Origin: a virus
Direction: 5' to 3' (one strand)
IMG/VR virus record: IMGVR_UViG_3300035181_000829
Span: 1 to 64,000 of that record
Length of the DNA: 64,000 bases
A program made the translations under genes and the position numbers. Numbering within the stretch: position 1 is the stretch's first letter; every line of letters starts with the position of its first letter. The notes under the pieces were generated by a model that did no database searches, was not told the origin of the DNA, and saw only the letters and a program-made list of their open reading frames with translations. Shown here piece by piece: positions 56,563-64,000 of the stretch.

Positions 56563-56933
56563 ACTTTTATTCTTTCTTGAATGAGCTTGACAAGCATGTC
56601 CTTGCGCATGAGCAAGGACATGTCGGCGAAGTTGTTAGGCCCACCCGTATAGTCCCGCAGTCCATTGCAGGACCGGAACAAAATGTCCTGCGTGTGATCA
56701 CGCCATGGAGCATGACTGACCTGCACATAGAGCTTCTCCATGTGCAAGGTAACCTCGCCGCTGACCGCGATGCCGCCTTTGTTGCTGCGAACATCATACG
56801 CACCGTAGCGCAGGGTCAGTAACTTGCCGAGTTCTTTCAGTTGCTTTCTGGCCTCACGATGGAAAGCTTCTTTGTTTACCGGCTCATAATCGCACACTGC
56901 GATCAGAGTCTCGTAGGGATCGGCTTTTGACAT
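56559..56933 (-). CDS. conserved phage hypothetical protein
   Basis: RSNKGGIAVSGEVTLH, DYTGGPN. Confidence 0.7.
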   Translation of the reverse strand: MSKADPYETLIAVCDYEPVNKEAFHREARKQLKELGKLLTLRYGAYDVRSNKGGIAVSGEVTLHMEKLYVQVSHAPWRDHTQDILFRSCNGLRDYTGGPNNFADMSLLMRKDMLVKLIQERIKV

Positions 56934-56939
56934 GACATA

Positions 56940-57425
56940 TCAATCCTTAAATTTGAGCATGGTTCTCGGGTGGTTGCGGATTTCGGCTCCTAATTCCCGC
57001 GCTTTCTCGACATAGGTATCAAGATGCACAAAGGACATGGCATGAACTTCGCCCTTGTCTATCCGAGCCGGGTCGTCAACAGCGACCATCGGTAGTCCGA
57101 CGCTTTTGATCACATTCGGCATTTTACGAATATCAATGAGCGTGACGCCGCAGTGCTCAACAAGGACGCGGGTCAGTGCCCATTCATCCCACGGGGCGTA
57201 ACCGCTGTGCGTCTTGTTTTTCATGTGGATGGTGGTCCCGCCGAAGCCGCACGACACGTAGCAATCCGGCGTCCTGATGGCGTAGCGGATGGTTTCAAGG
57301 TTGCTACGAAGCGTCCGGTGCTCTAGCTTGACCGCATCGGTAACCTCGCCGAACTGGCGCAGTTGCGCATGATACCACCAGTTCTGCGCTTCGTCTCTAA
57401 GCGGCTTGAGGATGCTGGTATTCAT
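56940..57425 (-). CDS. hypothetical protein
   Basis: MNTSILK, ATGA-coupled. Confidence 0.6.
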   Translation of the reverse strand: MNTSILKPLRDEAQNWWYHAQLRQFGEVTDAVKLEHRTLRSNLETIRYAIRTPDCYVSCGFGGTTIHMKNKTHSGYAPWDEWALTRVLVEHCGVTLIDIRKMPNVIKSVGLPMVAVDDPARIDKGEVHAMSFVHLDTYVEKARELGAEIRNHPRTMLKFKD

Positions 57426-57799
57426 TTCTTCCCCCACTTTTCCTCGTAGTGGCGAATCTCCATCCGCGCTGCCTTGATGTGGAAGATGCGCATCGAATGC
57501 GCTTTGCACAGGTATCCGGTAAAAACCTTGTGCTCGATAAATTCCATGACAGACTCGGGACTGTCGTCGGACATCATCGTGAATGCCGCGAGGCGTTCAA
57601 CGAGAACGTTGAGAAGTTCCTTGCCGACCTGATGGGCAATGTCTTCATCTGACACATCGATGGGGCTAGGTGCCGCTTGCTTGGTTTCAAACAGTTCAAC
57701 GATGAACTTGTTGAGGTCATACTTGCGAGCGTGTGACACATGCAAGCAGGCAAGCCTAAGCGCATTTTGCGCTTTGATAATTTCGTCTAAGCTGTCCAT
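57422..57799 (-). CDS. hypothetical protein
   Basis: MDSL with AACGGAGCA RBS. Confidence 0.6.
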   Translation of the reverse strand: MDSLDEIIKAQNALRLACLHVSHARKYDLNKFIVELFETKQAAPSPIDVSDEDIAHQVGKELLNVLVERLAAFTMMSDDSPESVMEFIEHKVFTGYLCKAHSMRIFHIKAARMEIRHYEEKWGKK

Positions 57800-57876
57800 T
57801 CCCGGTGCTCCGTTGGTGAATGCTACGCTGTAGGCATAGCGTAGCAATCGATTGCAAGGGGCACAAGCTGATTATA

Positions 57877-58398
57877 TCAGCCTGCTTTGTCGCGGCAGAC
57901 TTGGAGCGCATTCGAGTAGGCTACAGGGGAGTCGAACTCACTTACACGGCAGATGAATGCAATCTGGTGGACGATCAGGCGAACAGCCGGATCAGTGTCC
58001 TGCTGCACGCCTTCATCCAAACACTCTTTACATGCGGCGACGAGCGAGCGGGCCATGCCGATGGGGTTGACCGCGCCTTCTTGGATCAGCGCTGCATCCT
58101 TGAATCGCTGCGGCATTCCTGCCATGTATACACCCCAGATACGGGGGTAATGGTGCGCGATTTCAGTTGGCAGCATCTCACCAAGTGTGGTTTCCCACAT
58201 TTCGGCTTCCTCCATGAACATTTTCTCATGTTCATCAGTCTCCATGATGTTCCCGGTGATCATCATCACTGCGGAAGAGAGGGTGACCGACTTCGCCGTG
58301 GTCAGCCGACGAACGGTCGATGGTTCGGGCGCCGGTTGCCCGTAGTTCATGTGACCCGCGATTGCCGCGAGGATTGTCAACGTTTTCTTGTCGTCCAT
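57877..58398 (-). CDS. hypothetical protein
   Basis: MDDKK with GGAG SD; DPAVRLIVHQIAFIC. Confidence 0.6.
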   Translation of the reverse strand: MDDKKTLTILAAIAGHMNYGQPAPEPSTVRRLTTAKSVTLSSAVMMITGNIMETDEHEKMFMEEAEMWETTLGEMLPTEIAHHYPRIWGVYMAGMPQRFKDAALIQEGAVNPIGMARSLVAACKECLDEGVQQDTDPAVRLIVHQIAFICRVSEFDSPVAYSNALQVCRDKAG

Positions 58399-58402
58399 GT
58401 CA

Positions 58403-58747
58403 CTACTCCGTGAAACAAAGGTCAAAGCCATAGTAAGGTTCCGTGAAGCCCCAAGGGCCGGTGATCTGAAACGAGGCGGCGGTGGCCCACTCAAACGGGC
58501 CAGCTTCCCACGATACGCAGTGCTGCGCGTAGCCGTGTGGCTTCGACTCTGGTTTGTGCCAGTATACTTCACTGTTGGGGTCTTGCCCCACAGCGGCGGA
58601 AACTTTACGCAAGGCGAGGTAGGTTTGCTCCGCTGCCTCTGCGATGGTTTTGCAAGACTTCGGGTCGAAGTCAAGCACGGCGAAATCATAGAGACGGTCA
58701 TAGCCGATGGCGGGATCGAACCGAAGTTCCTTGATCTTGACAGGCAT
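58403..58747 (-). CDS. conserved phage hypothetical protein
   Basis: VSWEAGPFEWA, TEPYYGFDL; promoter TTGCAA-17-TAGCCT (58808-58780). Confidence 0.7.
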   Translation of the reverse strand: MPVKIKELRFDPAIGYDRLYDFAVLDFDPKSCKTIAEAAEQTYLALRKVSAAVGQDPNSEVYWHKPESKPHGYAQHCVSWEAGPFEWATAASFQITGPWGFTEPYYGFDLCFTE

Positions 58748-58812
58748 ATTGGTTGCTCCGTTTATATGCGCGTGCTTATAGGCTAGCTGCTTGCCTCGTC
58801 CGTTGCAATCGA

Positions 58813-59094
58813 TTATAGCGTCTCATTGTAGCCTGCCGCGTAGATTGTGCGCGCATACTCAACGAGCACATCGATGCGTTTGATCATCTCTTGGAAGGTG
58901 GCAATATCTTCCATTCGCGCGTTCCAGCCGTTCTGCGCAGTTTGGTAGTTGCGACCATGCAGAACATCTCTGTAGATAATATTCATGGCCGCTCGGCAGG
59001 TAGTGGTAGCTTCTAGAAGAAGGTGCGCCGCGCAGCTAAAATCAGCAGTGGTGTTGCCATTTAGCTTTGGGCGCGCATTGATATTGACCTGCAT
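58813..59094 (-). CDS. hypothetical protein
   Basis: LNGNT, HGRNYQ. Confidence 0.6.
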   Translation of the reverse strand: MQVNINARPKLNGNTTADFSCAAHLLLEATTTCRAAMNIIYRDVLHGRNYQTAQNGWNARMEDIATFQEMIKRIDVLVEYARTIYAAGYNETL

Positions 59095-59099
59095 TAACG

Positions 59100-59552
59100 T
59101 TACTCCGTTGCGGTTGAATTAAGGAAATCGTTCAACCGTGCCAGTGTCAGTTCTTTCCCGAGAATGATCTTGGCGAGGGCTTCACGTTCCTTCCGCAGAA
59201 GCCCGTAGGTTGTGATGACGATTGCGTCATCAGGCGGTGCCTTACCATCGTCCGTTGGTGCCAGCAGCTTGAAGATGGACGCCCGCAGTATCGCGGCCAG
59301 AACCTTATCGCTGACGGCCTTTATGTCAACATCGACGGTATGCGGTTCTTTCTTGGGCGCTTTGACCTTGGGTTCTTCCGCCTTTATGGTAAACCCTTTC
59401 TCAGTCGCAACAGCAATAATCTTCTGGATCGCAAGGCTCTTGGCTTGGGATACCTTACGAATGTCTGCCATTGTAAGGTAACCAGCGGCGTCGAACTTGC
59501 TCCGCAAAGCTTTCACGATTTCTCGTTGTCGTGTCGATGTGAGTTCCATCAT
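59100..59552 (-). CDS. basic hypothetical protein
   Basis: MMELTST..., packed array. Confidence 0.55.
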   Translation of the reverse strand: MMELTSTRQREIVKALRSKFDAAGYLTMADIRKVSQAKSLAIQKIIAVATEKGFTIKAEEPKVKAPKKEPHTVDVDIKAVSDKVLAAILRASIFKLLAPTDDGKAPPDDAIVITTYGLLRKEREALAKIILGKELTLARLNDFLNSTATE

Positions 59553-59553
59553 T

Positions 59554-59805
59554 TCAAAAGTATACCCGCCGCGTGTCGTCGTCAGGGTTGGGTGCCATCT
59601 TGTCGTAGTCGAAGGACCATGCTTGCGGAGCCTCTGCCTTGCCGATGTAGCGAAAGCCCCTGTAGCGCCCGCGCTGATGCAGGATGCTTTCAACAAAGCT
59701 GGTGATAGACCTCCTGTAGAGAATCGACTCCGGCGACGATCCAGCCAGCGAGAGGTTCATCTTTTCGATAAGAAGGTCGAGAGAGACAGTCTTATTCTTT
59801 GCCAT
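59554..59805 (-). CDS. conserved phage hypothetical protein
   Basis: VESILH..G.YRGFRY, DDTRR.YF; TAAGGAG SD. Confidence 0.65.
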   Translation of the reverse strand: MAKNKTVSLDLLIEKMNLSLAGSSPESILYRRSITSFVESILHQRGRYRGFRYIGKAEAPQAWSFDYDKMAPNPDDDTRRVYF

Positions 59806-59814
59806 GATTGCTCC

Positions 59815-60159
59815 TTAGCCTACTCGGGGCCATACGATTTCCGGCATGACGTAGCCCGCGAAGATGCCACGATGTTCCTCCGAAAGCTTCTTGAGCTTCG
59901 CGCGGTTTTCATCATTCAACGCATTCGCAACCACGCGATATGCGCTGGCAGTGAAGGTATCCACCATGAGCGGCCCGCTGGGAAATTCCCATCCTTCGGT
60001 ATGAAACCCTTTGTGAAATTTCCACTCCCCGTCGATGAACCCACCTTCTACGGGCCACACGTAGCCAGTGTAGTCGGACTGTGCCATGAGTGCTTCATGG
60101 GAGAAGACGGTGATGAGCCGTCCGCCTTTGTCTTTCCATGTGTGTGTTGTTTCGGTCAT
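59815..60159 (-). CDS. hypothetical protein
   Basis: VDTFTAS...V..ALN.ENR.KL. Confidence 0.6.
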   Translation of the reverse strand: MTETTHTWKDKGGRLITVFSHEALMAQSDYTGYVWPVEGGFIDGEWKFHKGFHTEGWEFPSGPLMVDTFTASAYRVVANALNDENRAKLKKLSEEHRGIFAGYVMPEIVWPRVG

Positions 60160-60509
60160 CTCTGTCCCTCTGCTCTGTCGTGGATCGGAATGGCAACGCG
60201 CATCTTCACCCCGCACAATTTTTCAACAAGCTCTCCAAATCGACTGTCGCTGCAATCGACGTAGTTGCCGCCGAACATCGTCCACTTATCGCTCGCAAGG
60301 TCGTCCTCGGCGATGGCGTGAACAACCGTGAACCCGCAGAGGTTCACGGCGACAAGTCTTACCGCCGGGCAACTTGGACTTGGATGAAATGGGCCGTCTG
60401 CGTTCGTAATGCAGCAGGTGACGAAACGGCTGGACCACCCGTTGAGGGTTGTGTCAACTCGTTTGTCGCGCATGTCCTTGTGCGAAAGCACATTAGCAAT
60501 AAGTCCCAT
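60156..60509 (-). CDS. conserved phage hypothetical protein
   Basis: DTTLNGWSS, GPF.PS..PAV.L, MFGGNY..SDSRF, IPIHDR.E. Confidence 0.7.
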   Translation of the reverse strand: MGLIANVLSHKDMRDKRVDTTLNGWSSRFVTCCITNADGPFHPSPSCPAVRLVAVNLCGFTVVHAIAEDDLASDKWTMFGGNYVDCSDSRFGELVEKLCGVKMRVAIPIHDRAEGQR

Positions 60510-60583
60510 GCTAGGCTCCGTTGGGTAGTTGCTATGCAATCGATTGTAGGGGATTGCCAACTACGGCGCTATAATAAAGCGCG

Positions 60584-60943
60584 CTACTTACCTAGGTATT
60601 TGCTTCTGTCGTCAAGGATTTGATTCGGCAATTCGTGCAGCTTACCTAGGTGCTCCCACTGCACCATTATGTATACGCCCTTGAATTCCAGATACGTAAC
60701 ATCATCGAACGTAAGTATATAGGAAGCTAGCGCGCGTGCGTTTTTGGTCATGCTCTTGGTGATTGGACGTTCACCTTCCGTAGTATCCCACACATCTTTG
60801 AAGAACAGGTTGCGTTTCGGCGTGAACACGATGCTGAATGACTTGCCCCATTCAGTAAGATGATGTGTCCAAACTTCTTGCCGAAACGCATGGTAGTTCT
60901 TTGGCCGTGGCCTGATTATGTCGGAAGGCCGGATGATACTCAC
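60584..60943 (-). CDS. hypothetical protein
   Basis: 119 aa, GTGA-coupled. Confidence 0.5.
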   Translation of the reverse strand: MSIIRPSDIIRPRPKNYHAFRQEVWTHHLTEWGKSFSIVFTPKRNLFFKDVWDTTEGERPITKSMTKNARALASYILTFDDVTYLEFKGVYIMVQWEHLGKLHELPNQILDDRSKYLGK

Positions 60944-61413
60944 GGCGCTGTAACCTTGTCGAAGGCTTCCTGAGCCGCAGCTTGCATGATGTAAGTGTCA
61001 ACGAGTCGCCATGCCAACGAGGGTGGTGTATCTTCGAGCATGTTGACGGTAACGACATGGTAAAGATGACGACTGCCATGCGTATCGCCCGTTGACTCGC
61101 CCGTTGGGCCAAAGATCGCGCAAAGTGTGAACGTGTTCGGCATCACCTTCCATGCAGACGCCTTGATGAATGGGGTGCCACGGTAATGCGGAATCGGGAA
61201 AAACTGCGTTTGGCCGAACACCTCGTCATCATCCTCGCCAACGAGATAATCGCTTTTGTTCGGATTGCCCTTCATCGGGCGAAGGAGGGCTTTGAAACCA
61301 TCCGGGCCGCGAACGAACCGCACAATACGGCTCGGCCCTGTCATGGTCGGCACATTCGAGTAGCGGTGAAAAATAACATCGCTAACCGTCAGATCGGTAA
61401 AGTTCTTGCGCAT
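60940..61413 (-). CDS. hypothetical protein
   Basis: Promoter TTGCAT-17-TAATAT with extended TG (61472-61444). Confidence 0.6.
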   Translation of the reverse strand: MRKNFTDLTVSDVIFHRYSNVPTMTGPSRIVRFVRGPDGFKALLRPMKGNPNKSDYLVGEDDDEVFGQTQFFPIPHYRGTPFIKASAWKVMPNTFTLCAIFGPTGESTGDTHGSRHLYHVVTVNMLEDTPPSLAWRLVDTYIMQAAAQEAFDKVTAP

Positions 61414-61743
61414 CGTTTAGCCCCGCGTGTTTGCTACTCGCATATATTAGCACGGAAGCACTATCGATGCAATCGATTGTAACGTTACTATTTACGCGGT
61501 TTACTGCCTAAAAGTTTCATTAGCAATTCGCTTTTCTCCGCGCGATGAACAGGTGTCACCTTCTTATGCTAAACTGGCCTTGGAGGAACCAAACAAAGCG
61601 AGTATCAACATTGATAACATCTTGCTATCCATTATCAGTTTCTTCCGCGTTTACTACATCATGAGTTATCAAAATTCATTAACTATCCATCTTCTACGCT
61701 TTTTGGCACATCGTCATTGGTTACAAAAAACCATTAACTAATA

Positions 61744-62190
61744 TCAAATATCAGACATTGCCTTGTCGAGAATCTTGTAAAATTTGCTGGCACCATCTAT
61801 ATCGCAGCCAATTGTCGATTCGATCTGTCTGGCGTTGAAGAAAAGCGTGTCTAGCACGTAAGCACGATGTGTGCCTTCGGTGGGTTTGAAGCGTCCGCTT
61901 GTAACGCATTTCATTGCACCAAGCAATGCTGTCTCAAGCTGAAACTTCATAACTCTGCGCCCTACCTTGATGCGTTCATGGTTCACTACCCGCAGCATCT
62001 CTTGCATGACGTTCTCTGGCTGTCTGTCAAGGTAATGCGAAATTACTTGTGCGATGTGCTGGATAGTCGGATTGTTTTCCGGCTTCTCGCCGTTGCGAAT
62101 GGCGATTTCTTTAATGATGATGGCAAGAATAATAAGGCCGAGAATGAACCGACATTCCGTTTTGCGCTCGGGTGATAGCTGGGTTTTCAT
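61744..62190 (-). CDS. hypothetical protein
   Basis: Helical ORF; start uncertain (62190 or 62235). Confidence 0.55.
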   Translation of the reverse strand: MKTQLSPERKTECRFILGLIILAIIIKEIAIRNGEKPENNPTIQHIAQVISHYLDRQPENVMQEMLRVVNHERIKVGRRVMKFQLETALLGAMKCVTSGRFKPTEGTHRAYVLDTLFFNARQIESTIGCDIDGASKFYKILDKAMSDI

Positions 62191-62240
62191 GGATGATGTG
62201 TGCCGCGCGCTGCAATCGATTGTAACGCGCGGCACGCTCC

Positions 62241-62582
62241 TTATTCGTCGGTATGTTCGATGGGGGTCGGGTGCTCGGCGTAGAAGTCAGGATCGACGCG
62301 CGGGTGCATTTCCCCGAGAGCCTGTTGCTCGACTTCGGCGAAACTCACTTCCTTGTGGGCTTTCGCTTCTTCGAGCGTTTGGTAAAGCTCGACCGCGTAT
62401 TCCGTGCTGACCGAAAGATCATACACGCCATATCCCGTTGTGATCGGCGGATCATTTTTGGGATTCAAAGCGACGATCTTTTCCCTCGTCGTCTGCGTCG
62501 GGTAGTAGTGAAACTCGCTATCGATCGTCACGCGATAGAAGTCTCCAAGCGAGATAATCAGTGGCATCATGTATCCTTTCAT
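62241..62582 (-). CDS. hypothetical protein
   Basis: 113 aa, acidic C-terminus. Confidence 0.55.
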   Translation of the reverse strand: MKGYMMPLIISLGDFYRVTIDSEFHYYPTQTTREKIVALNPKNDPPITTGYGVYDLSVSTEYAVELYQTLEEAKAHKEVSFAEVEQQALGEMHPRVDPDFYAEHPTPIEHTDE

Positions 62583-63010
62583 AGATCAAAGATGCGGAAG
62601 TCTGGGACACTTTTCAAACGTTGTATGGTGAGGAACGAGTAGATCATCAGGCACCGCATCGCCGGATTGGAGTGTATCAAAACCATACCGCGTTGCTGTG
62701 TATAGTTCAAGACATGAGTTGCACGGATCAAGACATGCTGCGTATTCACGACCGGCTCGAACTCGTTCGCGATCCGCAAGTCTTGCCCTTGCACGAAGTA
62801 GTGCTTCTGTAAGAGGCCGCTCTTGATGAAATTGTCTGTGAATAGCTCCGTTGGCATAAGCTTGTTCGGCGATATATAATCTCTTACAATTCGTAGGCGG
62901 AAGTCAAAAGGCCACTTTGCGGTATCTGGTGGAGTTCGGACATTGATTATCCCATCCTCCACGAAGACGTATGTAGATTGCTCAAGATCACTTCTCTTGC
63001 GAATAGCCAT
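62579..63010 (-). CDS. hypothetical protein
   Basis: Starts MAIRKRS. Confidence 0.6.
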   Translation of the reverse strand: MAIRKRSDLEQSTYVFVEDGIINVRTPPDTAKWPFDFRLRIVRDYISPNKLMPTELFTDNFIKSGLLQKHYFVQGQDLRIANEFEPVVNTQHVLIRATHVLNYTQQRGMVLIHSNPAMRCLMIYSFLTIQRLKSVPDFRIFDL

Positions 63011-63028
63011 TGGACCCCACCGTTTCGC

Positions 63029-63535
63029 TTAGAACCTGAACTCCGGTTCGTCGTTAATGAGTGACGCTTTTTCCCGCGCAAGCTGCAACAGCGCGCCGAC
63101 GATTGCAGCGTTGATATTTCGGCCCGGAAAAAGCGAAGTTACCTTTTCCCCGCGCTCGTAGACAAGAGCAACGGCAACAATGGCATCTGGCATGAAGTCG
63201 AAATCGCCGACCGGCCACTGATGCGATTTCGGGGTGATCGCAAGCATGTCAAACCCCATCGCGAGAGGAAGCAATGTGAAATTCACGTTGATGTTCATCG
63301 CTAACGACACATTGTAGAGTGGCGATAGTTGCAGATACTCCGAGATGATTTCCTGAAACAGAAGATCGAAGGTCGGATCATCAAATGCTTCCTGTATAAC
63401 GCAGGATAGCATTTCTTCGATTCGGGCGTCGATTACCTGATCATCGACAAGTTTGATGTAAGGCCTGCTGTAGTCCATTTGCCCCTCTAATACCACATTG
63501 AATCTGTGTGCGCCCACAACCATTTTGGAATCCAC
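63029..63535 (-). CDS. hypothetical protein
   Basis: Probable GTG start after a GGGGGGA SD, just downstream of a palindrome copy. Confidence 0.55.
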   Translation of the reverse strand: MDSKMVVGAHRFNVVLEGQMDYSRPYIKLVDDQVIDARIEEMLSCVIQEAFDDPTFDLLFQEIISEYLQLSPLYNVSLAMNINVNFTLLPLAMGFDMLAITPKSHQWPVGDFDFMPDAIVAVALVYERGEKVTSLFPGRNINAAIVGALLQLAREKASLINDEPEFRF

Positions 63536-64000
63536 TTGGCATCCCCCCACTTGCAATCGATTGTAGCGTGTTGGCGGAACGCTAAATGACGCCATGCAAC
63601 GCCATGATACGCTCCGCAGTAACGAAAGTCTATATCCGTCTGATCCGCGCCGGGCCTTAATTGGATTGCCCCATATTGGCGCATTTTCGCCTTACCCTCC
63701 CACGTATGGTTGTCGTTAGCATATAGTGGAACCCGCCGCAGGTCCGCTAGCGGGGCGCGATAGCGTGTAGGGTTGTTTATTAGCCGCTTGTGGTCCGTTG
63801 GCGCTAGGCTACGCACCGTTGCGGCGCTTTCCCCGCTTAGGGCATCCGCAAGCGCGTTTATCTCGTGGTAGCCGGGGGCACCGTAGTTCTTGTTGCGTTC
63901 GGTTAGCAAGCCGACAAGCTGCATGGCATAGTCGTGATCTACCTCGAATTTATTCGGGTGTTCTCCGTTAAGCACGTCGATCAACACGTTGTAGATTTGC
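63487..64000 (-). CDS. hypothetical protein, 5' end outside the window
   Basis: Frame is open to the window edge. Confidence 0.5.
   Translation of the reverse strand, partial: QIYNVLIDVLNGEHPNKFEVDHDYAMQLVGLLTERNKNYGAPGYHEINALADALSGESAATVRSLAPTDHKRLINNPTRYRAPLADLRRVPLYANDNHTWEGKAKMRQYGAIQLRPGADQTDIDFRYCGAYHGVAWRHLAFRQHATIDCKWGDAKWIPKWLWAHTDSMWY

Larger units (their letters stand above)
3854..63565. repeat. dispersed 14-bp palindrome TRCAATCGATTGYA (operator/parS-like site)
   Basis: Exact copies at 3854, 4512, 7388, 11001, 14456, 16904, 20406, 23859, 27345, 29190, 30066, 31357, 34390, 39325, 41082, 50459, 52359, 56145, 60535, 61468, 62211, 63552. One-mismatch copies at 8819, 13052, 33547, 36553, 38241, 43162, 45083, 46773, 47182, 48619, 49832, 54687, 57843, 58804. 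Confidence 0.97.

Noticed and set aside
3854-63565. Palindrome as an mRNA hairpin or a conserved peptide
   Set aside because: The preferred coding-strand form gives an A-C mismatch in a 5-bp stem, and the motif occurs in three frames and in promoters, so a dsDNA site fits better.
1-64000. Integrated prophage or gene transfer agent
   Set aside because: No host genes, integrase or att site in the window; the long tape measure, XkdE/F/G-like head genes and many early genes indicate a true phage. Lifestyle cannot be determined from this window.

Overview
64 kb of a tailed dsDNA phage genome, most likely a siphovirus of Alphaproteobacteria: it has a GTA-like tail-tip module, a long tape measure and no sheath gene. 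Essentially all genes are on the minus strand. Window order is lysis and tail-fibre genes (1-6.7 kb), tail tip, tape measure and tail tube (6.7-22 kb), head-tail, capsid, scaffold, protease and portal (22-29 kb), terminase plus a ParB / glycosyltransferase / SLOG / wHTH block (31.5-38 kb), a second lysozyme and HU (39.5-40.6 kb), then about 50 small early-type genes and structured non-coding DNA (41-64 kb). The main unexplained structure is a 14-bp palindrome, TRCAATCGATTGYA. I counted 22 exact and about 14 single-mismatch copies by eye. It lies inside structural genes at roughly 3.5-kb intervals and overlaps the -35 or -10 element of early promoters. Other features: oriented CATTAACTACCC repeats in G-poor spacers, one consensus antisense promoter facing a repeat tract (candidate ncRNA), an IHF-box/iteron origin-like region, and shared basic terminal peptides (M-[AP]-I-[KR]-[KR]-R) on many unrelated proteins. 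No integrase, tRNA, CRISPR array or reverse transcriptase was seen. All protein calls come from motif recognition and gene order, not database searches. Many starts were moved to a downstream Met with a Shine-Dalgarno sequence.
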